Shown: piece after piece, positions 32,205 through 42,821 of the stretch
How the letters are laid out: the number at the start of each line of letters is the position of its first letter
How positions within the stretch are numbered: the first letter of the stretch is position 1
From: a virus
Lineage: Duplodnaviria; Caudoviricetes
Length of the DNA stretch: 64,000 nucleotides
Strand: one strand, 5' to 3'
Virus record (IMG/VR): IMGVR_UViG_3300021255_002539
Span: 128,001-192,000 of that record
Notes under the pieces: model-generated
Database searches by the model: none
What the model saw: the letters and a program-made list of their open reading frames with translations, nothing else
What the model was told of the DNA's origin: nothing
Made by a program: the position numbers and the translations under genes

Positions 32205-32947
32205 ATAGGCAAGAATACCTCAATCTCGCAATATCCACTATGGCCAAACCTGCCATCTTAAATGTAGGTATATGGTCGCACTTTGCACACTTGGTCCCAC
32301 TCTATACATAATATGCCTTGGAGATTAATGGACAACTTCAATCAACTTCCCTTTACACAACCCCTTGAACTTCACGAAGCATGAAAAGCAATGTAGATGA
32401 TTTTCAAATCAAGGAGACATGAACTACACCCACAATCAAATTAAACGATGATGTTGGAAAAGAAATGTTGAATTCCCATCGAAGATGGGAAGATATTGTA
32501 GAGAAAGCGACACGATGATGGGAAATTGTGGGTGTATTGTAGATAGAGCAGTACATGTTGGAGATGTACATGTGGAACAGACAATGTAGAAAGACAACAT
32601 GGAAAGTATTGTAGGATAATACACAATACGATGCTTCGCATCGTAAGTCACGAAGCTTGAAGTCACATAACCGCTAAACGCGGTTGGTGTTCCGCTTAAC
32701 GCATCGCTTGCCTCGCTGCTTACGCAGCGCGCGATGCTACGGAACAACCGAAACAGAACATGTTTACGCCACGAAGATGGGAACTCGGAAAGATTTGGGA
32801 ATTTGACGGATGTTCACCGTAATATTCGACGAATGTGCTTTTGGCGAATGTTCAGCCATCATGTGTCAATTCAACAACCAAGGGGAGAGCTTCTTTTTAT
32901 TATAGTCTTGATATAATGTACATTGAAAAAGGCAGGGGAGGGGGTTA
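32205..32947. ncRNA. Structured non-coding region (candidate ncRNA or origin)
   Basis: No credible ORF. Hairpins at 32192-32217, 32473-32491 and 32627-32645, and a nested four-stem helix at 32681-32750. Confidence 0.4.
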
Positions 32948-34627
32948 TTATATTTCGTTTCCGTCGTCATCCGTGACAGTGACAGAGTTTTCGTTCGGCT
33001 TGTTATCCTTGTTGTCGTTGCTGTCGATGTTCACAGCCCCAACCTTGACAACTTCATCTTCTGGAGTCTTCTCTGGTTTTTCCACCTCTTGCTCCTCCTT
33101 GCCCTTCACGACCTCCACCTTCTTTGGCTTGTTGGGGTCTTCCTTCTTTGGAATCTGTTTGGATTGCTCGATGTCCTTTTTCGTCTTCTGCTTCGCCTTG
33201 ATCTCGTGTCCAACATTCTTCGCCTTTTCCTTCTGTGCCTGCTCCTGCTTGGCCTTCTCTTCCTTCTCCCTCTGTTCGTCGTCAATCCTCTTCTGCTCAA
33301 GTCTGTCGATTTCCTGCTTGATTTCCACATTGAACTTGGGGAAGAAGGACGATGGGGACTTCTTGGCGTCCAGGCAGTTGTCCACCAGGAAGCACTTGAT
33401 GGTGTGATCCTCCCCTGGGGTGAAGTCCTGTCCATAGAAGTATGTCGCCTTGCCACGTATCTTGGTTCTCCTGGTCCGATACGAATATGGCGCAACCCTT
33501 CTGGATATCGTCTCGCCATCCACTGTCTCGTACTTCAGCCACACCATCTTGCGGTTCTCTGCGCACCAGGCGATTGTATCCCACATGTCGTCGAGTGATG
33601 ATTCCCTGAGCAATCTCCTGCGACTTTTCCTCCTTCTGGTCGGTCTCTCGTCAGCTTGTCCAGTGACGAACCTCTTTCCGATTGGCATTGGGGCGTTGAC
33701 GCCTGGAACCTCCACATCGTCAACTATCCACTTGCCACCCTTTGAGGCGACACTCACGCCACAGAACTTCATGGTGTAGGTGTTGTTGACGATGAGCCAC
33801 TTGGTGTAGATTGGAAAGGATGTCAACACGTCATCATCACCATTTCTGATGATGCGCTCTATGTGTTGCTCCCCAGAGGACATGTTCTCGAAGTCGCCTA
33901 TGAACACGGCGCCAGTGGAGATGTCAGTGCCAAACCAACACAGGTCTATGAGGTCTTTGTTGGTGATTCGCACGTCCATGTAGTCACCCCTTTGCATCCA
34001 ATGTTCCTTGGCGTATTGCCTCAACTTCTGACCACATTGGAACATTATTTCGTGGAACATCTTCCTGGCCTTGCAGACATAGGTGGCGTTGGTCTTCTTG
34101 TGTGAGATTCCATAGAGGGTGCCATCGGTCAACCTCACTGTCGTGTCAGAACGGTTCTGCTCCCCATTCGTCCCATGGCTTGCAGATGCGTCTATGACCT
34201 CAACTATGTCCAGTTTCACCCTGACTCCATAGTTGTCAGAGATGTCGAGGTGGCAAACGCCATTCCTCTCGATTTCATCCAAGATGAACTTCTGAAAGTC
34301 CTCTTCGTTCTTCCTCCCCGCCCTGTGGCTGCCACCCTTCTTGATTCTGACCACTATTGGCTCTCCCTCGTCCTCTTCCTCATCGTCCAAATATGTCGGA
34401 ATCTCCAGGGTGTAGCCATCCTTCTTCGTTTTCCTCGGTGCGAGAAAGTCAATTCCCAGTTTCGGGCCGATGACCCTCACCAATTCCCTTCGCATTGCCT
34501 TGGGGTCAGGGGTATTGACTTGCAGAACCCTGTAGTCTTTCCTCACCTGGACGATTTGCACATCCAGACCTTCAACTTCTTGAAGAAGGTCGAAGTACTC
34601 GTCTATTGTGTTCGCTTCAGTTTTCAT
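32948..34627 (-). CDS. PD-(D/E)xK-like nuclease fused to a WYL domain, with a charged tail
   Basis: E..RSD..YGISHKK nuclease-like motif. After LLRE|S comes a WYL pattern, VWLKYETVDGETISRRVAPY..YFYGQD..IKCFLVDN. Confidence 0.6.
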   Translation of the reverse strand: MKTEANTIDEYFDLLQEVEGLDVQIVQVRKDYRVLQVNTPDPKAMRRELVRVIGPKLGIDFLAPRKTKKDGYTLEIPTYLDDEEEDEGEPIVVRIKKGGSHRAGRKNEEDFQKFILDEIERNGVCHLDISDNYGVRVKLDIVEVIDASASHGTNGEQNRSDTTVRLTDGTLYGISHKKTNATYVCKARKMFHEIMFQCGQKLRQYAKEHWMQRGDYMDVRITNKDLIDLCWFGTDISTGAVFIGDFENMSSGEQHIERIIRNGDDDVLTSFPIYTKWLIVNNTYTMKFCGVSVASKGGKWIVDDVEVPGVNAPMPIGKRFVTGQADERPTRRRKSRRRLLRESSLDDMWDTIAWCAENRKMVWLKYETVDGETISRRVAPYSYRTRRTKIRGKATYFYGQDFTPGEDHTIKCFLVDNCLDAKKSPSSFFPKFNVEIKQEIDRLEQKRIDDEQREKEEKAKQEQAQKEKAKNVGHEIKAKQKTKKDIEQSKQIPKKEDPNKPKKVEVVKGKEEQEVEKPEKTPEDEVVKVGAVNIDSNDNKDNKPNENSVTVTDDDGNEI

Positions 34628-34637
34628 GTTCGCCTCC

Positions 34638-37600
34638 TCAATCAAACTTCGCCCAGGATGGTATGCTCCAGGACGGGTGGAACTCGTGGAACACCTCAAG
34701 GCATCTTCCAATCTCGTGTCTCGTGTCGGGGTTCTGCCACATGTCAGAATCCACAAGCGCGTCCCAGGCGTCCCTTGGAGTCAGTATGTCGTCGCTCGTG
34801 AGGGTCTTGTCGTTGTAGAGGAACTGCACTATCTCGTCGGGGTCGTTCGTGACAAGTTGCTTGTCCACCACGCTCCACTTCGCATATGTGCCGTTCTTCT
34901 TCTGTTTCCTGGCGCGCCGTATTCTGTACAACCCCACTCGGTAGTCGTAGTCGTACCTCGTCATCTCAACTGGTTGGTTCTTGCCCTCGCCTGGTATGTC
35001 GGCGGTGGCAGTGACCTCAACATGCCCGCCTCTCGCAATAGCTGTGAACAGTCCGTTTCTGAACCCACTCTTCGGATTCACATCTTCGTCAGCCTCGCCG
35101 TTCTATACCTCCTTCAGGTCAGGCGAGAACATGCCCCACTTGGTGAACTTCATGCTGGGGGTGAGGCACAGATCAACCTGGACATACTCCCCTTCCTGCT
35201 CCCCGTCCACATTCTCGATTGGAAACGCATACGATGTAGCAGTCCATCCGTCGTTCTTGTTTATGGAGTGGTCTACGCCCAGCCTGTCTGCCACATCGTA
35301 GCACAGGTCTATGAACTCCTCTGGGGTGTTCAGTCCATTGGCGTCAGCCAGAGCCTTCTGGTCTATGGCTATGTCCAGGTCGCCCGATGTTGGCTTCTTG
35401 CCAGCAGACCCAACCAGTTCTATGGAGCCGTCTGGGAGGCTGAACGCCTGTTTCAGCGCCTCAACAGCCTTCCTAGCGGTCTCTGGTATGTTCGCCTTGT
35501 TAATCCTAGTTGTCTGCACCTTCTTGAAGTGCTTGTCTCCACTTTCGTTCGTCATCTTCGCCTTCCTATTCTACTGTCCTGCGTTGAACTTGTCTGCCCT
35601 CGCTTGGTCTGTCATGGATGGGTAGTCCCCACTCTCTGGGTTCATCAACTTGTACACTTCGTCGAATTGCTGGTCGGACAGTTCAGATGGAAGCACCTTT
35701 TTCAACGCCTCCTTGTCGTCAATGTGGTCTCTCACATAGGTCGCTGATATGTTGGAATCCCCATCTGTGGTCGCGTTGATTGCGTTCTCCTCTATTGGCA
35801 ATATCTCCACATTCTGAAGTGTGTCCTTGAATCTGTCGGTCGTAAATGCACTGAACCTGGACATGTCGTCCTTCTTGGACAACCCAAACATGACCTTGCA
35901 GTTGGAGAAGTGGCGCACAGTTGCAGAAATCCAATTCATCGGGTTCAGTGTCATCGCAATCTGAACATTGTCCAAATGGGCAGCCTCACAATATATCTCC
36001 AGAATCTCGCCAGCCACGAAGTTGGGCATGGAGCGCCCGAACTTGTCGTATCTTTGGGACGCGACATTCGTTTGCCCAGACACAGCGACAATCACTTCGT
36101 CGCATATCTCGGCATAGTGCCTTATCATGTCGAGGTGTCCCTTGTGTGGCGGTCTGAACGAGCCAGGAATCAGCGCTATCGTCTTGCCATTCTGGTCCAC
36201 GACCTTGCCATCCACCATCTCCACGAGGGACATCACATCGTTCGTGAGCAGGTTGGGGTCGAACCTCTTCGGAAGACCTTCCGCCCTCGCCTTTGAAATC
36301 TTGTCTATGAACCTGGGGAGGTCTGTCCTTCCCTTCGCGTGCGCAGCCAGTTCTTGTGCTCTGTCTATGTACTTGGGCAACAACTCCTCGTACTTCGTCT
36401 GGTACTCCTGTGGGTTCTACCGTATTGCGTTCACCATGGCGACCAGGCTCCCCTTCTCGCTCTTGCCAGTTATCGCCGACAGAAACCTCTTGGTGAAGTC
36501 CGACATCTCGTCTATCTCAGAGAAGTAGCCATTTCTGATGTCCTTCCAAGATTGGTAATGTATGCCATACAGGTTGCCCTTCAACTCAAACGCAACTCCC
36601 TCCAAAGAACCATCGTCTGCCTTCATTATGTCGGGGTTCTTGAACTTGCGCTTCATTATGTCAGTGAGGGCGGCGTTTATCTTGTCCCTGAGCTCCTCTG
36701 CCTCCTGCTTCTTCATCTTGTCTATGGTTGCTGTATTGAAAGCCTCAACCACATCATCTCCAAAGTCCTGTGCCTTGAGTTCCACCTCCTGCGCGAACTT
36801 GTTGATGTCGAAGTAGGATGCGTTGGCGTCTGACAGCTATGAGCAGGCGAAGTCCACGACCTTCTTCTTCGTTTCTGGCTCCAGGTCAAACGCCTTTTCC
36901 TTCGTCATCCCCTTCACATCAATTATGACCAGTGAGCCACGTCTGCCCAGTTTCTTTGCGTCGTAGGTGGTTCCGACATAGGTTATGGTGCCATCGTCGT
37001 CTGCGAACTCGTCGCCGTTGGAGAGCAGTTCACCAACCAACTTCACGCCATCCAGACCCAACCCCTTCACGAACTTCGCCATCTTCTCGTTTTGGTTTTC
37101 CTCCACATAGGTGAAGAAGTTCAACTCGTGGTCGTGCACCTGTGGCGTGGCTTCAGCACCTTGTCTGTCGAGCAATCCAGAATACGAAATCTCCATCAGA
37201 ACCTTGCCATCCAGCCAAGCCACCCTGAACGGGTAGCCGTCAATCTTTGGCGTGACCTTCACAATCAGCGTGGAGTCGTTGACGCTCGATATGAAGTCGT
37301 GCAAGAATTGCCTCAATTGCTTCCCTGTGAGTTGGTGTATCTTCGTCATTGCCTGGCGTGGCGTGTCTATCTCTGACATGTCCTTGGTGCTGCCGATGGA
37401 CTCGTCGACCTCCTGTGTTGTGTAGTCAGATGCCTTTAGCCCAAGGAAGTCCTCTAGTTCAGGTGGAATGTAGTCTATGTTGCCTTTCTTCAGAGGCCGT
37501 TCCAGTCCAGTTCTGAGAGACTTCTTGAACTGCTCCATCCTCACCGGGTTCTTCAATATGCCTTGCTTCTTCACTGCGTTCCAAGCATCTTGCCAAGTGA

Positions 37601-39437
37601 GCATGTTGGCAGAATCAACTCCAAACAGAATCTCGCATATCTCGTCTGGGTCGTCGGTCACCAATTCCCTGCCAACTTCCTTTTCGCCCGAGACATGGAT
37701 TCCCTCTTCTCCCTTCTTGCCCTTCATCAAAGGACGCTCAAATGTCTTCTTGAACAAACCACCTTCTTCATGTGTATAGGAATATCTTTCCCATTTGGTT
37801 GGTTGTTCCTCGTCTCCCATTCCATTGACAAGTCCAGTGTCAAGAACCCTGAATCCAGACACCCTTGCTGCTGCAGTGATTATCTGATTTCTCACCAGAC
37901 CCTTGACATACTGCTCACCCTCCACTTCTTGTGGACCGAATTGCCCCCACGCCTGGAACTTGAGGTTGTCCACTGGGATGAGGTCCAGCTGCACCACTTG
38001 ACCTTCCTGCTCTCCATCGTCGTTGCTGATTGGGTAGCCAACGGATGTTCCCTGCCACTCCCATCTCGGAAAGTTCTTCACCTCAAGCCCGTACTTCCTG
38101 CCGAACTCGTCGGCGAGGTCGAACCACTCTGAGACATCTGTTATGCCATGCTTCTGCTCCAGCGCCTGTTTGGATATCGCTATGTCGATGTCTCCGCTTG
38201 AGCCAGAATCCAGCTTCTTCCCCGTTGAGCCAAGAAAGGACACCTCGTCCTCAGACAGACCAAAGAAGTCCAGAACCTTCTGCTTCGCCGAGTCCATGGT
38301 GGACTTCGCGTTGCGCTGGTTCAGCCTTACTGCTCCTGGTATCCTCTTGCCACCCTCCTTCACCAGGGTGCTTTCGGTAACGGGCCTCCCATGACCATCT
38401 GGTCCGTCTGGGTCTGGCTTCTCTATCCCCAGCTCGTCCAACATCTCCTGTGGCATCTCCAATCCGTCGTTGATTCTATCGAGCAGCTTCTTCTTCATCG
38501 AGTCCACGAAGATCTGCCACTGCTCTGGGTTCTTTGCCCATTCGGCATCGTGTGCTGCCCTCCAGCATCCATCCCAGGTGAGCAAGTCCTTTCCCTTCAC
38601 CTTTGGTCCGAACATCAGCTTCGCAATCTTGTCAGGGTCGTCAGAAACCAGAGTGCGCTTTGTCCTGGACTTGTCCAGACCCTGGTTGTACACAGGACCC
38701 TCCACGCCGTCTGGGAGGTTCTTTGGCTGGTTCTTCATCAGAGACCGCTCCTTGTGCCACTTGTTCAGACCCTCAGGGGTGAAGAACACATACTCCTCCC
38801 AGACCACGGGCTCCTCCACGAATCCTCCATCCTTCTTCACAGTGCCAGTCTTCAGCACCTCCATCTTCTGCATGGCGTGGGAGGCAGCCTCAAGAACCAG
38901 GTTCCTTATCACGCCCTTGATGTACTTCTGTCCAGCAATCTCCTTTGGCGCGTACCTGGACCAGGCCTAGAACTTCATGTTGGTCGTTGGCATGAGGTCT
39001 ACCTGAACGAACTGACCCTTCTGCTTTCCATCGAAGTTCACAATAGGAACCCTTATGGAGAACTGCTCAACCTGGAAATTGTGCTTCAGACCCAACTTGT
39101 CCAGTATGGGTGATGCGTACTGGTTGAACTCGTACGGCTTCCTCGCAAATTCGTACTTGTTCGCGTCAATGCCAATGTCGAGGTCGCCAGATGTGGAGCC
39201 TGGCAGCTTCTTCGTGACAGAGCCAACTGGTTGCGTGTCCTTTCTGTCGATTCCCAGAGCAGGAAGTATCTCGTCGTAGATGTACTTCAGCGTTGCGGCC
39301 ACATTCTCCTGGTTTATCCTGACTGTGTCGTCGAACATCTTTCCACTTTCAAGCAACAACTCCTTGGTTTCGCCAACCAGGATTGTCCTCAAGTCGTCAG
39401 CACTCATTTCACCAACTACATCTTCTATGTTGTTCAT
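34638..39437 (-). CDS. 1599-aa polyprotein: 3 Pol-beta-type nucleotidyltransferases, a KxDG ligase-like domain and an HxGH nucleotidyltransferase (5 TAG read as Gln)
   Basis: Six ORF-track fragments share one frame, separated only by TAG at 38967, 36837, 36417, 35571 and 35103. Motifs: GS..K..SGD(L/I)DI..Q(V/L)DL three times, TPKIDG..EGVAF, and PGSFRPPHKGH. Confidence 0.85.
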
Positions 39438-39477
39438 GGTCTATTGTGTCTCTCTTTTGGGAAGTTCATGTCTTGTC

Positions 39478-39509
39478 TATTTACCATTTCAACAAAACAA
39501 AGGTAAATA
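39478..39509. promoter_or_regulatory. Divergent pair of late-promoter motifs (GTAAATA)
   Basis: Minus-strand copy at 39478-39484 and plus-strand copy at 39503-39509; resembles the T4 late promoter TATAAATA. Confidence 0.7.
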
Positions 39510-39517
39510 GTGTCATC

Positions 39518-41437
39518 ATGGATACGACAAGCAAGAACACTGTTGTGCTGGAGGGTGGACACATGCCCTTCAAGAACGACAAGGGGGAGATGTTGGAGGT
39601 TTCACCCATTGACCAGGATAATGCCGCAGCCACCCTCGACGACATCCAGGACAGGTTCATATCTGGGTTTCTGCATCTGGACCCAAGCGAGGACACCGCC
39701 ACCCTGGGTTCCACTGGCAAGAGGTTGAGTGGGGAGTAGAGTTCTGACATTGACATAGCCATAGACTATTTCAAGCTGCAAAAGGAATGGGATTTGCCAG
39801 ATTGGACAGGGAAGCGCATTGAGGAATGGGTGGATTTGGCAAGGTCTGGCGCAGAGGAATGTGGAGTGGAGTTTTCCATGGTTTCCACGGTGTGTTCATT
39901 GCGCTGGCCGATAGTGAACGACGATGGAAAGCAAGAGGACCAGTATGTTCAGGTTGACTTGATGCCGACAACCAACATGAAGATGACAAGGTTCGGAAGG
40001 TTCTCCCAGTAGCAGAGGGATGGAGAGACCTTCTTCAAGGGGTCGGTCAGGAACATCATGTTGGCAATCATGGCAAGATGCGCATACCACAAGGATTTGA
40101 CTGACGAGACCCATGTGAAGGTTCTGTCGGACGGCACCGAGAAGGAAGTCCACAACGAGTACGAGGGGTGGACATACGACCAGAACACGGGTCTGCACCT
40201 TTGCCACAAGAAGTATTAGCAATACACCAGAAATGGAAATGGATTCAAGAAGGGCGATTGGAAATCCCATGCAACTGTGGTCGATTCCCCAGTGATATCT
40301 TCTGACCCCGACGAGATTTGCGAGATGATATTTGGCAAGGGCGTTACCCCCGACGATGTTGACACAGTTCAGAAGATGTGGAGGGCGTGGAAGAGTTCAC
40401 CTGCTGTCAAGGAGAATCCAGACTTGGTCGAAGAGGTGAAGATTCAGGTTCAGCGGTCAGCACAAGGCAATCCAGACATGACATTCCCAGACTTCGATGG
40501 TGAGGAATTCGTAAATGAAGCCAGGGTGAAGAAGGATCCAACCGAGCAAGTCGACGAATACATCAAGTCCCTGTCAGAAGACCAGATTCAGACCCTCACA
40601 TTGAGGTGTTCTGAACTCCTGGACAAGTGGGACGAACCACAGGGTTCAGACACAGTCCTCAGAGTGAGGCAAGTGGTTGGCAACGACGAGAGGTTCCTGA
40701 AGTTCCTGCGAAAGACAGTTCCATTGACCGAGCCAAAGGTCAGGGACATGGGGGCAAACACCTTCGTTTCGCATTTCTTCGACCCACCATTTGACAACGA
40801 GGCGTTCATAGGCAAGATGGCGAAGGAGAAGGGTATACCATTTACGCAAGCTGAGGAAGAATGGAATAGATCCAATTTGGACAAGACCCACGTTGGGAGG
40901 TATGCCCATATGCTTGCTGACGATGCCGTGAATGGTAGGCCACCATCAAAGGAGGGGACGAACCCCAAGGAGGTTGCGATATACGAGGCTGTGTACGAGT
41001 ACGCCAAGAATCTGGTGCAGGGTGCGTCTGATGTCGAAAGCGAGGTTTCCCTACATGCTTCAAGCGTTACGGTTGGTGGCAAGTTCGACCTGATGATGAA
41101 GAAGGGCAGCCAATGGGTTTTGGTGGATTGGAAGACCAATGGTGAGGAGCTTGAGGACATACCCAATGGCAAGGTTGGTCTGGACGAATTGACCAAGAAC
41201 ATCAACAACAACGCCTACAACAAGTACGCACTTCAGTTGAATGTATACGAGTGGGCAGCAAAGGACAGTGGCAAGATACCGAAGAATGCTGTCGTGAGCA
41301 AGGAACTCCACCACTTCCAGTACCTTGAGGATGGAAAGCCAATTCAGATTAGGGTTGTCAAGGTTCCAGACCTTCAGCCACTGGTTCAAGCAATGGTGGA
41401 CAGGGCGGTAGAACTTGGCGTAGTCAAGCGCAAATAA
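39518..41437 (+). CDS. Pol-beta-type nucleotidyltransferase fused to a RecB/Cas4-like PD-(D/E)xK nuclease (639 aa, 3 TAG read as Gln)
   Basis: LGSTGKR..SSDIDI..QVDLMPTTNMK. C-terminal GRYAH..E..GKFDL..VDWKT..YALQLNVY. TAGs at 39737, 40010 and 40217. Confidence 0.8.
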
Positions 41438-41480
41438 TTGTAAATAGAACAAGAAGAACCTACATAGAGGGAACAAGCAA

Positions 41481-42734
41481 ATGAAATTCAAGAAGATTGT
41501 AAGGGAAACATCCAATTTGGACGACATGGACTATGAAATTGCGCAGAAGATGCGGGATTTCGCAAAGAAGAACATTCCAGAAGTAAGAAATGTTGTTTCC
41601 GGAAGCGCAACTGGGCAGGTATATGTGATGCTCAAGCCCGATGTTTACATAATGGCTGATGAAGCGAAAGAAATCGCACGGGAATTGATACGCGCATCTG
41701 GCGCACGTGGTTATAGATATGTTGGTGTGAACAAGGCAGACCCATATATCGTCATTGCCAGAAGGGGAATTGCAAGCGAGGCGATGAAGAAGAGGAGGAG
41801 CAAGACGCATTCCAAAGATGCCGAGAAATACTGGTTTGGCATCAAGGACGCGGAGTTCATATACCACGGAGACTGGAACGATCCAGAGGTGGAGTACAAG
41901 GGCGTGTCGTTCAACTACTATGACATCGAGAGTGGATTGCTTGGAATATACCGTGACGAGCATCCAGAGGACAGGAACGACAAGGGATTCGACGAGTGGA
42001 TGGCAGCCCACCCAGAGGAAATCAAAAGCGAATTGGATATGCTCTACGACGCCGAGATGGAGTACAGGGCAAACAACCCAAAAGGGCAGTACAACGAGGT
42101 GGAGTACAAGCCTTCGCCTGAATACGACGATAGCTGGACTTGGGGCGGAAAGCGTCACGAATGGGGCGACACCTACGGAACACTGTGCAGTAAATACGGT
42201 CCGATGGTCAGCCTTGAGCAAAAGCACTATATCCAGAAGCTTGTGAAGGAGATAGCGGACGAGTTTGGCGTGAAGACCTACGATGGATTCAACAACCTCG
42301 TCTGCGTGTCCACCAATGGAGTTTCTGACGAGGATGCTGAAGACTTCATCCAGGAGATTCTCGACAACTATCCAGAGCTGGACTATGTTGAGACTGGGAA
42401 GCACTGGTTCAAGTTCGCGCTAAAGGAGGATGACTTCATTGACCATCTCGTTGACGACGACGACAATACGTATAAAGACATTGACTACAGCGGGTTGAGA
42501 AAATACGACGAGTCCTGGGTTGGGGACAAGGCGAAGGCTGGATGGAAGAAGATCAAGTCTGGCGCAAAGAAGATGGCGAAGGCTGTTGGCGATGTGTTCA
42601 AGGGTCCGTTTAGAAAGGGCGATCATATCGTCATGAGGGGCGAAGATGGTGAGGAGTTCAAGGGAACAATCAAGTCCTTCGACCTCGGAAACAAGACATA
42701 CGAGGTTTTGCTTGGAAATCCAGTTGGCGAGTAA
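41481..42734 (+). CDS. Putative multi-module head-internal protein
   Basis: MKFKKIVRE|T leader, internal IASE|A and YDE|S; GTAAATA at 41440. Confidence 0.65.
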   Translation: MKFKKIVRETSNLDDMDYEIAQKMRDFAKKNIPEVRNVVSGSATGQVYVMLKPDVYIMADEAKEIARELIRASGARGYRYVGVNKADPYIVIARRGIASEAMKKRRSKTHSKDAEKYWFGIKDAEFIYHGDWNDPEVEYKGVSFNYYDIESGLLGIYRDEHPEDRNDKGFDEWMAAHPEEIKSELDMLYDAEMEYRANNPKGQYNEVEYKPSPEYDDSWTWGGKRHEWGDTYGTLCSKYGPMVSLEQKHYIQKLVKEIADEFGVKTYDGFNNLVCVSTNGVSDEDAEDFIQEILDNYPELDYVETGKHWFKFALKEDDFIDHLVDDDDNTYKDIDYSGLRKYDESWVGDKAKAGWKKIKSGAKKMAKAVGDVFKGPFRKGDHIVMRGEDGEEFKGTIKSFDLGNKTYEVLLGNPVGE

Positions 42735-42754
42735 TTGGAGTGGCAGAAGATGAA

Positions 42755-42789
42755 ACGAAGATGGGCTGGATTTCTCCAGCCCATTTCGT
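42755..42789. terminator. Hairpin between convergent genes
   Basis: atgggctgga-tttc-tccagcccat inverted repeat. Confidence 0.65.
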
Positions 42790-42821
42790 CTATCATGTAG
42801 TTGACTCAACATGTAGTTGAC

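Noticed and set aside
32205-32947. CRISPR array or Cas12 system next to the TnpB-like gene
   Set aside because: No regularly spaced direct repeats and no cas1/cas2 were seen.
34638-39437. CBASS CD-NTase defence operon
   Set aside because: GS..DxD..D is common to the whole Pol-beta superfamily, no Cap effectors are recognisable, and the late-promoter context fits virion cargo. Cyclic-nucleotide synthesis is not excluded.
40277-41437. Cas4
   Set aside because: It lacks the four Fe-S cysteines and any CRISPR context; treated as a generic PD-(D/E)xK nuclease.
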